A DNA stretch of 64,000 nt from Scyliorhinus canicula (taxonomy: Eukaryota), in contig NC_052149.1 in assembly GCF_902713615.1 (NCBI RefSeq), forward strand, positions 147,909,383 through 147,973,382, in the 5' to 3' direction. This document shows, piece by piece, positions 12,875-24,406 of the stretch; position 1 is the first letter of the stretch, and each line of letters starts with the position of its first letter. The notes under the pieces were generated by a model. It was not told the DNA's origin, ran no database searches, and saw only the letters and a program-made list of their open reading frames with translations. The translations under genes and the position numbers were made by a program.

Positions 12875-12880
12875 TTTATT
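12875..12880 (-). promoter_or_regulatory. candidate poly(A) signal (AATAAA) of the minus-strand host gene
   Basis: AATAAA about 950 nt downstream of the stop at 13824, across apparently repeat-free sequence, followed by T/GT-rich sequence. Confidence 0.4.
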
Positions 12881-13823
12881 GAAAAGAAAACCTAACAGGA
12901 CTAAGGCCAACACAGGTCCTACTGTCAAATGGACCAATATATTAGGCAATGCACCATCCATTACCCCAAACTGGACTTTTGTAAATGGGGGGTGGGGGGG
13001 ATTAAGGAAAACCAAGGTGTGATAGTTGATCCAAAATGGAATACATTGCCACAGCATACAACTGTATCTGCAAAAGCAGATGGATGTTGAAACGTTCAAG
13101 TGAATACATAAAGAATGCAAATCCAAGTATATGCTCGTACGTTAGTCCAGAGCTGTCCAATTGGGATCACCTTACTGACGACGATAAAAAGAAAATGGAA
13201 AGGCTTCAATGAGCAATAAATCTGGTTTCAGGATTTAGTTCACAGAGTTTGAGCAAGATAAATTTCTGAATTAAGTACAAGATTGAAAGTACTTGAATGT
13301 TAACTCCAGAGCGGATTTGAGGACAACAAGCTGATTAAAGGAGTTTCTGCAGCTTCATCTTTAAGTAGGCATATGTTTTCTTAGTTTAAAGATAAAATAT
13401 GGTCTGCTGTCTCCTTTCTCTTTGCGAAGCCACATTCGATTACCCAGTCAAAAGATTATTCATGTGACTTGCTTGCAGGGTTCTGGCAATGTTACTGTTG
13501 AATCAGCTGGAAGAGTTGTAATGCAGTGCACAGTCCAATAATATTTCTCCCTTGTTTAGTTTCCCTCCTGAGAGGCAATATTCATTAATTTGGGTACTCC
13601 ATGTTCCTCACTGCTGACATGCTTGGGAGAATCTCGCTTTCGGAAAATTGTACACACAAATTTAAAACCCACCTTTCTGTTATGGGATGCGTTTGCTGAC
13701 ATATTATTCATTATTGCCGAACAATTGAACAGTAGCACAGTTCCCTGGAATGAAGGCAAATTATCTTGCTGGATATTGCAACCAATTCCGGCTGCTGAAT
13801 GCTGCCTCAATCATTGGAGGTTA

Positions 13824-13963
13824 TCATTTGCGAGCCCACCCACTGTCTCTATGTCTGTGAGACCTGACACCTCTATGCCTGACCTGTGCATTTAGCTGCT
13901 CTCCAACTGGCCCTGTAAACATTGGCAGATCAGTGTTGAATTGTACTGGACCGGCAAAACAAC
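13824..13963 (-). CDS. candidate terminal coding exon of an unidentified host gene (xCFAGPVQFNTDLPMFTGPVGEQLNAQVRHRGVRSHRHRDSGWARK*)
   Basis: T-rich acceptor ...TTTTAAACCGTAACAG|G, phase 1, 45 open codons ending in tandem stops TGA TAA, then unique 3'UTR-like sequence. Confidence 0.55.
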
Positions 13964-14059
13964 CTGTTACGGTTTAAAATTCAAACTAAAATAAATGAAA
14001 GCCGAAACAAAATACTACAGATGCTGAAAATCTAAAATTAAAATGGACTATGATGCATA

Positions 14060-14180
14060 TGTTCCCGTACCAGCCTCCCCGGACAGGCGCCGGAATGTGG
14101 CGACTAGGGGCCTTTCACAGTAACTTCATTGAAGCCTACTCGTGACAATAAGCGATTTTCATTTTTCATTTTTCATTTCA
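14060..14180 (+). mobile_element. 5'-truncated SINE (family of 2614-2790)
   Basis: Near-identical to 2678-2790, with a (CATTTTT)n tail. Confidence 0.8.
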
Positions 14181-14522
14181 TGTTCAGCATTTGTGTAGAG
14201 GAAACCTAAGTTAATATTTCAGGGAAAGTTAGGGATCTGACAGGATTTAAGTAAGTGAAGAAAGGTGGGAAAGGAACAAAAAGGGGTATGTGATAAAGTG
14301 AAAAGCAGAAGAGGTTAAGTGACAAAAGAACTGGTGGTGCAAGGCCAAATGGAGTGGTGAAGGGACAAGTTAAGAAAGAAAAGATGTGACTCGAGGGGGT
14401 GTGGAAGGCAGAATCATGAAAACTGCCATCCGGAAGTAAAGATAAAGGAAAATTAGAGCAAATAATAAAAGGGGAAAGAAAACAGGGAAGAAAAAGAAAG
14501 CAAAATGGGGGGAGAGGATATA

Positions 14523-15397
14523 GGGCTCGATTCCATGGCCTCATCGTACCTGTCTAGGGACAGGACGAGTCCGTTAAGTCTCACGAGATGCCTCTCGCGC
14601 GTTTTGCGATACTCAGGGCACCTTGTGAGATTTAACGAGATCTCGTGAGACGTTGGGATCTGGATCTCAACCGCACTGGGCGGGATCCAGTTTTACATTT
14701 TAAAGTGAGCAGATAGGCTCACTTAAATATGTCTGTGCCAGAGTCTCCCAGGCCGCGGATCGAACACCCGCGCCTGGGAGACCTCGCCCTGGTGCGGTTT
14801 AGTACTGGTCCACACAAACATGGAGCAGGTGCAATGGCAATGACCCCCAAGTCATTGGAGGTCCCTGGGTGGTCGGACTCTGGGCAGGATGGTACCCTGG
14901 CACTCTCGCTGACACAAAACCACCTTTGTGCTGCAAACCTGGCATCTTGGCACTGCCACCTGGCCACCCAGGCTTTGCCACCCATAAGAGTGCCATGCAG
15001 GCAGGGTTCCTGGATGGCACTGCAAGGCTGGCAGAGGCACCGCCAGGGAGGCAGTGCCAAGGTGTCCAGGACGCAGGTTGCCTGTGCTGGTGACCGGGCC
15101 TGTGGGTGCCGCGCTCTTATGAGGTAAGGTGAGTGGGGCTTGAGGACCCCCGAACAAGTAAGTTGGGCGTTGAGAGGGGATCTGGAGGCTACGGTAGGAG
15201 GGTTGAAAGATCAGGGCAGCATTTAAAAATGGCACCCCGATCTCTTCCTGTACTGATGAGCTGAGTGGAATGTTCCTGACCGAGAAAAAAAAGAGTCCAT
15301 TTGATGGTGGGGTTGTTCTCGACGCTTCAGATGCCGAAGAACACCATGCTAGTTGCGTTCACAATGGGACCCTGTTTTTTCTCATTAAATCATGCCC
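14523..15397. mobile_element. Harbinger/PIF-type non-autonomous element
   Basis: GGGCTCGATT / AATCATGCCC termini, 3-bp TSD ATA, GGCACTGCC repeats also seen in 37718-41353. Confidence 0.7.
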
Positions 15398-15488
15398 ATA
15401 ATATGTAATTGTTGAACTCGATGTTATGTCCAGAAGTAAATAAACAAAAGAAGTAAAGAAGACTTTCAAGTGCCTAGTAGAAAGATGG

Positions 15489-15670
15489 GGGCCGGATTTC
15501 TCCTTCCGTTCACTGGCAGTGGTATCCTCCCATTAACAGTGGTATCCTCCCATTAACAGTGGCATCCTCCCATTAACAGCGGCGGGTGCAGAGAATCCCG
15601 TCACCAGTGAACGGTTCACCGCCTCTCACTGCTACGAAACACGTGGCTGGGAAGCCAGAGAATCCTGCCC
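15489..15670. mobile_element. short Harbinger-type MITE with internal 20-bp tandem repeat x3 (CAGTGGTATCCTCCCATTAA, 15517-15576)
   Basis: GGGCCGGATTTCTC / GAGAATCCTGCCC ends; resembles 60474-60664. Confidence 0.65.
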
Positions 15671-16279
15671 GAAGAGTTGTTCCTCGAGCTTACACTGAGC
15701 TTCGTTAGTACACTGAAGGAGTACTCAGTCTCGATTTTCCCATTTTCATGGTTTTATTTAAATTGCTTTCTTGTGGCAGCACGTCATGATTCTGCTATTC
15801 CCATCTCTGCTGGGCACGTATTTTGTTTCTTTACCAGTCCCACTATTCCTCCCTCAGCTTTGCACCATGGATCTTTTGGTCACTTAATCTTACCTGCCTT
15901 GCACACTATCACGCCATCCTTACCTTTGTTCTTTTTTCCCACTTTTGTAAGGGGCAACAAAGAGTCTACATCAGGTTGGTAGAGAAGAGCAAAACTTACT
16001 TTACTTTACACTTATCCATTATGTACAGCTCCAGTAGTTCCCTACTGGATCTTCCCTAGTTATTACCTTTCTGGCCGACTCTATTAATGCAAAGTCAAGT
16101 GAACCTCATTAGGGATCCTCATTGAGGAGGACCTAGCCACAATAAAAGGTAAGTACCTGAGAGTGCACACGAAGGTGTCCTCTCAGCAACGTTAAAGGAA
16201 AAGAAATACAGGAGTAGCTAGGTCAGCACATTGGGTGGTGAGCCCCTCCACAGGGTGGCCTTTGGTTGCCCCCACCCAG

Positions 16280-16428
16280 GCAGATAGAGAGGAATCATTA
16301 GATATAAGGGGTGGACCAGAAAGTAGAGTTGAGACCAAAATCAGATCAGCCATGACCTTATTAAATGACGGCGCATGCTCAAGGATCGAATGGCCTATTC
16401 CTCCTCCTAATTTATATGTTCGTATATA
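16280..16428 (+). mobile_element. CR1/HER1 LINE 3' end fragment
   Basis: GATCAGCCATGA...GAATGGCCTATTCCT tail as at 18725-18812. Confidence 0.6.
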
Positions 16429-16611
16429 ACTCTCAGGAATGATTCATCAGCCTGAAACCGTGACTTAAAGGTTAACTTATGTAAGGAAAGAAAGAAGACT
16501 TGCATTTATACAGCGCCTTTCATGAGTACCAGGGGTGGAATTCTCCGACCCCCCCCCGGGTCATGTTGCAATATGACTTCCTTTTTGGTGTCTCAATGAT
16601 GAAGGGGAGGC

Positions 16612-16945
16612 CAATCCATAGTGGTATTGTCACTGGACTAGTAAATCAGAGACCCAGGGTATAGATGTGGGAACTCAGGTGTGATTCCCACCATGGCAGA
16701 TGAGCAAATTTGAATCCAGTAAAACTCTCGAATTAAAGTCGAATGATGACCATGAAACCATTGCAGATTGTGATTTAAAAAAACACCTGGTTTGATCTGG
16801 CCTACATATGACTCCAGATCCACAGCAATGTAGTTGACTCATAAATGCCCTCTGGCCTAACAAGCTACTCAGTTCAAGGGGATTAGGGGTGGGCAATAAA
16901 TGCTGGCCCAGCCAGAGATGCCCACATCCCCCAAACAAAAAAAAA
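16612..16945 (+). mobile_element. SINE-like element: tRNA-like head, LINE-derived middle and CR1-like 3' tail
   Basis: TAGTGGTATTGTCACTGGACTAGT head; middle matches 11850-11925 (-); tail GGGCAATAAATGCTGGCCCAGCCAG..GCCCACATCCC plus poly(A) matches the LINE 3' ends at 29825 and 55530. Confidence 0.7.
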
Positions 16946-17044
16946 AGATCTTGACACTTCAATAGTTGTATATTTAGACTAACAGTACAAAATAAATAGG
17001 ATTTCAGAAACACATGGGTTTGATGCAAGATTAACAGAGCTCTT

Positions 17045-17765
17045 GGGCTGGATTCTCCGAACCCCGCCGGGTCGGAGAATCACTGGGGGGGGGGGGGGGG
17101 GGGGGGAGGTGGCGTGAATCCTGCTCCCTGCCGTCTCCCGAAGTCTCTGGCACCAGAGATTTGGCGGGGGCGGGAATCGCGCCGCGCCTGTGGGCGGGCC
17201 CCCCGCTGCTGACATGCCGGTCCCTCTGACAGGAATCAAAACACCTCTCTTACCGGTGACTGGTGGCGTCGGTGGGCTCCGGGGTCCTGGGGGGGGGGGG
17301 GGGGGGGGGGGGGGGGGGCGTGGGGCCATCTGGCCCTGGGGGGTGCCACCACGGTGGCCTGGCCCGCGATCAGGGACCACCGATCGGCGGGCGGGCCTGT
17401 GCCGTGAGGAAACTCTTTTCCTTCCGTGTTTGCCATTGCCTTCACGATGGCGAACGCAAAAGTGACCCCCTTCCCTGTGCTTGCGCGGGGATGACGTCAG
17501 CAGCCGCTGACGCTCCGGCGCATGCGCGGACTTCCGCCGTCCGGCGAAGTCCCTTCGGCCCCGGCTGGCGTGGCGCCAAAGGCCTTTCCCGCCAGCCAGC
17601 AGGGCGCCAACCACTCCGGCGCGGGCCTAGCCCCTCAAGGTTAGGGCTTGGCCCCTAAAGGTGCGGAGAAATCCGCACCTTTGGGGCGGCCCGTGACATA
17701 GTGGTTCACGCCACTCCATCACGCCGGGAGCCCCTGCCCCGCCGGGTAGGGGAGAATCCCGGCCC
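17045..17765. mobile_element. GC-rich Harbinger-type MITE (family of 44381-45140 and 59697-60422, opposite orientation)
   Basis: GGGCTGGATTCTCC / GGAGAATCCCGGCCC termini; colinear similarity with the two other copies; two long poly-G tracts. Confidence 0.85.
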
Positions 17766-17774
17766 TTTTTCTGA

Positions 17775-18812
17775 TTAGCAGGCAGTGACTAGTATGGTAC
17801 CACAGGATCTGTGCTAAGACCCCAGCTGTTCACATTATATATCAATGATTTGGACGAGGGAACTAAATGTATTATCTTCAAATTTGCAGACGATACAATG
17901 TTGGGTGGGAGGTTGAGCTGTGAGGAGGATGCAGAGATGCTTCAGTGAGATTTGGACAGGCTGAGTGAGTGAGCACATACATGGCAGATGCAGTAAAATG
18001 TGGTTAAATGTGAGGTTATCCGTTTCGCTAGCAAAAATAGGAAGGCAGATTATTATTTGAATGTGTACAAATTGAGAGATGTGGACACTCAGTGAGACCT
18101 TTGTGTCCTCATGCCTCAGTTGCTAAAGGTAAGTGCGCAGGTACAGCAAGCAGCAAAGAAAGCAAATAGCATGTTGGCCTTCACATGCGAGGATTTGAGT
18201 ATAGGAAAAGGGATGTTTTACTGCAATTGTATAAGGTATTGTTGACGCCACACCTGGAGTATTGTGTGTAGTTTTGGTGTCCTTATCTGAGGAAGGATGT
18301 TCTTGCTATGGAGGGAGTGCAGCAATGGTTTATCAGGCTGATTCCTGGGATGGTGGGATGGCCATGTGAGGAGAGACTAAATCGGTTAGGATTATATTCA
18401 TTGGTGTTTAGAAGAGTGAGAGGTGATCTCATAGAAATTTACACAATTCTAACAGAATGAGACAGAGTAGATTCAGAAAGAATGTTCCCGATGTTGGGAG
18501 AGTTCAGAACTAGGGGCCATAGTTTGAGGATAAGGGATAAACCTTTTAGGACTGAGAAGAAGAGATATTTCTTCTCCCAGAGAGTGGTGAATCTGTGGAG
18601 TTCGCTACCAGAGAAAGTAGTTGAGGCCAAAATGTGTAACTTCAAGAAGGAACTAGATATAGCTCTGGGGCTAAAGGGATCAAGGGATATGGGGGAAGGC
18701 AGGTTCAGGGTATTGAACCTGATGATCAGCAATGATCATAATGAATGGCGGAGCAGGCTCAAAGGGCCGAATGGCCTCTTCCTGCTTCTATTTTCAATCT
18801 TTCTATGTTATT
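17775..18812 (+). mobile_element. CR1/HER1-like LINE, 5'-truncated (RT C-terminus and 3'UTR)
   Basis: Decayed VPQGSVL.PQLFTLYINDL...KFADDT; ORF 18482-18814 RTRGHSL...FFSQRVVNLW.SLP; tail shared with HE1 SINEs. Confidence 0.9.
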
Positions 18813-20146
18813 AAATAGATCGTCACTGTACAACATTTTGCACTAGACTCTGCAATAGCCACAAAGTAGCTTATGACATCACATAAGTCCGTGACTTGGA
18901 TTCTTAAAGAGACATTGCACACAATAGCCCATATATATTACATCCGTCCTCCTTTGTTTCTAAGGTCCAACATAACTAATAACAAAGTAATTTACATTTA
19001 TACAAGTGCAGGCATCATATTATTACAATAATAACACAGTAAATAAAATAGAGATCAAGTGGGCATTTATTTCTCGCTGGTTGCCCAAGCACTTCCGGAA
19101 TTTGTCATTCTCGACCTTCGATGTTGTTCCAGATTCTCGAGTAGCTGTCTCTCTGCCCTGGATGGCATTACAGTCTCCTTTTTGGAGGAGAGGCGAGGCA
19201 GGCACTTTTGATGAAATCTCTTCAGTAGATGAACGAGAAGTTGCGCAGTCAGATGGAACGGAGACTGTTACCTCATGAAGTAGTTCTAGCACTGGCACAC
19301 TAATGCGTGTTGACAATAATTGATCTGCATGGCAACTCCACATGAGCTCTCCTTTCATCTGAAGTATGTCGAATATTGGACAAGTTTGAGCCAACACCAT
19401 TGCAGGAACATTGCAGGAACTCACATCTCACTAGTGATGGAGCTGCACGCTAACACCACTTATCCTTGTTCAAACGAGTACGTCCTTGAGTCACCTCAAG
19501 ACCTGTGACTGTTGGTTTTGCTCTACTATGTCAGATGTCTGACAAGAGTAAATCAAAGGTAGTTCTCAGCTTCCTTTTCAGCAAAAGCAAAGCTCGTGAC
19601 TTTTGTGTAGATGCATATGTGATATTTCGGTATGTTGCTAGAAACATGTTCACACGGTGCAAAAGTGAGCCTTGGTCTTTTGAAGGTTTCAGTATGTATT
19701 TCAAGGGCTGAACAAATCTTTTGGCAAAATCATTCATGGAAGGGTGGTATGGTGCTGACTTTACATGTTGAACTCCACACATCCTTATTTTTAACAAACA
19801 ATTTTATTGAGGTATTTTAGGCACATAGAAAAAGTGACATTGGACAGTACAAAAAAAAGAAATCAAGACACAAATTAAACATAGTGCAAAACACGGCTCT
19901 GCTCACGAACGGACCTGCCTCAACATCCCACTTATTCTACCCTAGACCCCCCCCCCACCCTCCCCCCCCCCCCTCTCCCCCCCTCCGCCCTGCTGACGCT
20001 TACTCCTGTGTGAAGAAGTCAATAAATGGCTGCCACCTTCGGGCGAACCCTAATGGCGAACCTCTCAAGGCGAACTTGACTTTCTCCAGGCCAAGAAAGC
20101 TCGCCATCTCCGATAGTCATACCTCAGCCCTTGGGGGCTTTGAGTC

Positions 20147-20389
20147 TGTGATGAATGGTATCGGTAACTGCTGTAACTGTCCCTTGCCTTTAATACATTG
20201 GCCCTTTAAGACCGGGCTTGGAACCCTGGGGGACTCCGCCTCTGGCTCCGCCCCCAGGAAACGGTATATAAGGTGATGCTCACTGGGCAGCATGCTGTGA
20301 CCACACTTCTCGGCAGCTGTCCGGTTCTCTGGTAATTAAAGCCTTTGAATTACCAATCTCTCTCCTGTGTCGTAATTGAGGGTGTCTCA
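20147..20389 (+). repeat. 5' LTR
   Basis: TATATAA 20265-20271, ATTAAA 20335-20340; 9 mismatches to the 3' LTR. Confidence 0.95.
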
Positions 20390-20412
20390 ATTTAATTACC
20401 AGACACATCAAG

Positions 20413-21333
20413 ATGGACAGCGCTTTAAAGCCGGAGAAACTCAACCTACACCCTCGGCCGCCGGAGGTCCCAGAAATTTTTAAATATTGGGTCCGGTGTT
20501 TTGAGGCCTATCTAAACTCCTCAGAGACTGAAGTCGACGGCGCTCGCAAGCTGAGCTTACTACATGCCCGGGTGGGCCACCGACTCTCCTCCGTGATCGA
20601 GAACGCTACGACATACGAAACTGCGGTCGATATACTAAAGAAACGCTTCGTAAAGCCGATTAACGAGGTACACGCCAGACATTTGCTCTCGACCTGCAGC
20701 CAGCGCTCCGGGGAAACTCAAGACGAATACGTGGAGAGACTCACTGCGCTCGCGAGGAACTGCAATCATAAAGAAGTGACGGCAAAAGTCCACATGAACT
20801 TACATATTCGTGATGCCTTCATGTCCGGTATCAGGTCCTCGTACATCTGGCAGCGGCTCCTAGAAGACGGGGCAAAGGATCTCCAAGGCACGGTAACGCT
20901 CGCCTCTTCTCTAGAAACGGCCCACCGTAACCTCCGTACATACTCCGCAGACCTTGCGAACCCCTCTCGATCCCCTCCAGACTCGGCGACGCTACAGGCC
21001 TGCGCCACGCGGCGATCCGCTCACTCCGGGGGTTCCCCATGCTATTTCTGTGGGCAAGGCCAGCACCCACGTCAGCGTTGCCCGGCGCGCTCTGCGATCT
21101 GCAACGGCTGCGGGAAGAAGGGGTACTTCGCTAAAGCCTGCCTGGCTGGGCCCAAAGGTCGCAAACAAAAGCCTCACCAGGCTCAGAAATCAAGCTCCTT
21201 GCCTCACAGGCCCCACAATGCGGCCGCACGGCGGCCAGACACGCCTACTTCCGATGCGTCATCGACCTTGTGCGAGTCATGGGGGCGGCCATCTTGGCGG
21301 CAGCCATCTTCGAATCCCGACACGTGCGACTGA
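20413..21333 (+). CDS. gag: Gypsy Gag (capsid region plus two CCHC-type knuckles)
   Basis: 306-aa ORF with CYFCGQGQHPRQRC and CNGCGKKGYFAKAC; the TGA is in frame with the protease, so it is probably a CGA>TGA mutation in a single gag-pol ORF. Confidence 0.85.
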   Translation: MDSALKPEKLNLHPRPPEVPEIFKYWVRCFEAYLNSSETEVDGARKLSLLHARVGHRLSSVIENATTYETAVDILKKRFVKPINEVHARHLLSTCSQRSGETQDEYVERLTALARNCNHKEVTAKVHMNLHIRDAFMSGIRSSYIWQRLLEDGAKDLQGTVTLASSLETAHRNLRTYSADLANPSRSPPDSATLQACATRRSAHSGGSPCYFCGQGQHPRQRCPARSAICNGCGKKGYFAKACLAGPKGRKQKPHQAQKSSSLPHRPHNAAARRPDTPTSDASSTLCESWGRPSWRQPSSNPDTCD

Positions 21334-21459
21334 TGGCGGCGGCCATTTTGTGACTCCAGGCGGCCATTTTGTGAGTCCGACTTAACCGAGGACTCTGACT
21401 ACCCGCAACTAGGAGCGATCACGCTCGATCAATCGTGGCCAAAGCACCTGCGGAACTCA

Positions 21460-24406
21460 ATGATGCGGGTGCGAATCAACGGCCACGATATTCCCTGCCA
21501 ATTCGACTCCGGGAGCACGGAGAGCTTTATTCATCCAGACACGGTATGGCGCTGCTCCCTGCGCACCCACCCCGCCTCCCAAACTATCGCCCTCGCTTCA
21601 GGGTCACATTCGGTACAAATCACGGGGTATTGTGTCGCGGGCCTCGCGATTCAAGGCGCTGAATACACCCGTTTTAAACTCTACATCCTCCCTCTGCGCC
21701 CCCCCTGCTGCTCGGTCTGGACTTTCAGTGCAGCCACCGGAGCCTGACACTGAGGTTCGGCAGACCCCTTCCCCCACTCACGGTATGCAGCCTGGCAACA
21801 TTCAAAGTTGCGCCACCTTTGCGAACCTCACTCCCGACTGTAAACCCGTCGCCACTAGGAGTCGGCGGTACAGTGCCCAAGACATGTATTTATCAAGTCA
21901 GAGGTTCAGCAACTACTAAAATAGGGGGTCATAGAGGCCAGCAACAGCCCTTGGAGGGCTCAAGTATTGGTAGTCCGCTCCGGGGAAAAGCAACAAATGG
22001 TACTGGATTATAGCCAGACCAAAAACCGCTTTACGCAACTCGATGCGTACCCACTTCCCCGCATAGCGGAAATGGTGACTCAAATCGCCCAGTATCGAGT
22101 ATTCTCCACTGTCAACCTAAAATCGGCCTATCATCAACTCCCTATCCGTCCAGAGGACCGCACCTACATGTCTTTTGAAGCAGCCAGTCGACTGTTTCAC
22201 TTTCTCAGGTTCCCTTTTGGTAACACAAAAATGGATCAAATGGTGGACCAATACGGCTTACGAGCTACCTTCCCGTACTTGGACAACGTCACCATCTGCG
22301 GCCATGACCAGCAGGACCACGACGCAAACCTGAGGAAGTTCCTCCAGACTGCCCAGGCCCTCAACCTCACATATAACGAAGAGAAATGCGTGTTCCACAC
22401 AACCCAGCTAGCCATTCTCGGCTACGTCGTGGAAAACGGGGTCCTAGGCCCAGACCCCGACCGCATGCGTCCCCTTAAGGAACTCCTCCTCCCTGTAGCC
22501 TCAAGGCACTCAAACGGTGCTTGGGGCTTTTCTCCTATTACGCCCAGTGGGTTCCCAGATATCCGGACAAAGCCCGACTACTCATTAAGACCACGGTTTT
22601 TGCCCTGACGGCTGAGGCCCAGTCAGCTTTCAGCCGTATCAAGGCCGCCATCATCAAGGCCGCCATGCGCACGGTGGACGAAGCAATTCCCTTCCAGGTA
22701 GAAAGCGACGTATCAGACGTCGCCCTGGCTGCTACCCTCAACCAAGCGGGCAGACCGGTAGCATTCTTCTCCCGAACCCTCACCGCCTCGGAAATTCGGC
22801 ACTTTGCAGTCGAGAAGGAGGCACAAGCCATAGTGGAGGCCGTGCGGCACTGGAGGCACTACCTAGCCGGGAGGAGGTTCACCCTCGTCACCGACCAACG
22901 GTCGGTTGCCTTTATGTTCAATAACGCACGACGGGGCAAAATAAAGAATGAGAAAATTATGAGGTGGAGGATAGAGCTCTCCACCTCTACGTACGATATT
23001 AAATATCGCCCGGGGAAGCTCAACGAGCCCCCGGATGCCCTGTCCCGCGGCACGTGCGCCAACACGTAAAAAGACCACCTGAGAGCCATTCACGGTGACC
23101 TCTGCCACCCGGGGGTCACCCGGCTTGCCCATTTCATCAAGTCCCGCAACCTACCTTACTCCACAGAGGAGGTGAAGGCCATGACTAAGGCATAGAGCAT
23201 AGAACAGTACAGCACAGAACAGGCCCTTCGGCCCTCGATGTTGTGCCGAGCAATGATCACCCTACTCAAACCCATGTATCCACCCTATACCCGTAACCCA
23301 ACAACACCCCCCCCCCCCTTAAACTTTACTTTTTAGGACACTACGGGCAATTTAGCATGGCCAATCCACCTAACCCGCACATCTTTGGACTGTGGGAGGA
23401 AACCGGAGCACCCGGAGGAAACCCACGCACACACGGGGAGGACGTGCAGACTCCGCACAGACAGTGACCCAAGCTGGAACCGAAGCTGGGACCCTGGAGC
23501 TGTGAAGCATTTATGCTAACCACCATGCTACCGTGCTGCCCCTATCTGGCATGCCAGATCTGTGCGGAGTGCAAACCGCACTTCTATCGACCAGACAGGG
23601 CCCGCCTGATAAAGGCCTCTGGGCCCTTTGAGCGGCTAAGCGTGGACTTTAAAGGGCCCCTCTCGTCCACCAACCGCAACATCTATTTCCTCACCGTTAT
23701 CGATGAGTTCTCCCGCTTCCCTTTTGCGGTCCCCTACCCCGATATGACCTTGGCATCCGTGATCAAGGCACTGCACAGCATCTTCACACTGTTTGGTTTC
23801 CCCGCTTATATCCACAGCGACCGGGGTACATTGTTCATGAGCGATGAGCTGCGTCGATATCTACTCAGCAAGGGCATCGCCTCGAGCAGAACGACGAGCT
23901 ATAACCCGCGGAGAAACGGGCAGGTGGAGAGGGAGAATGCGACAGTTTGGAAGGCTGTCCTTCTAGCCCTACGGTCAAGGAGTCTCCCAATCACCCGCTG
24001 GCAGGAGGTGCTACCCGATGCCCTACATTCCATTAGGTCGCTCCTCTGTACGGCCATGAACGAGACCCCTCATAATCGTTTGTTTGTCTTCCCCAGGAAG
24101 TCCACCTCTGGGGTCTTGCTTCCACGCTGGCTGATGACACCGGGACCAGACCTACTCCGGAGACACGTGAGGAGCCATAAAACAGATCCGATAGTCGAGA
24201 GGGTCCAATTGCTACATGCAAACCCTCAATACGCCTACGTCAAGTACCCCGACGGCAGACAGGACACCGTCTCCATGCGAGACCTGGCACCCGCCGGCTT
24301 CCCCAGCGACCCCCCCCCCCTTCTACCGACACCGCACCAGCTGCCGACCCCGACAGCGCCCCCCCTATCGCGCCCCCCCAGCCGGCACTGGCACCAATCA
24401 CCCTAG
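21460..24406 (+). pseudogene. pol: Gypsy pol (protease, RT, RNase H, integrase), frameshifted and SINE-interrupted
   Basis: FDSGS protease; DAYPLPRI/SAYHQ/YLDN RT; VESDVSD...EKEAQAIV...TDQR RNase H; VDFKGP...HSDRG...NGQVERE integrase. Confidence 0.92.
23194..23547 (-). mobile_element. HE1-type V-SINE inserted in the integrase zinc-finger region
   Basis: Complete head, V-core and tail; flanking duplication GGCAT (23189-23193, 23548-23552). Confidence 0.9.

Larger units (their letters stand above)
14010..15950 (-). mobile_element. Penelope-like retroelement 3' remnant with inverted terminal repeat, split by two MITEs and a SINE tail
   Basis: Minus strand of 15400-15486 plus 15671-15715 gives a decayed GIY-YIG C-terminus (EAQCKLEEQL...LGT...NIEFNNY); 14260-14420 and 15785-15940 are homologous in inverted orientation. 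Confidence 0.6.
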
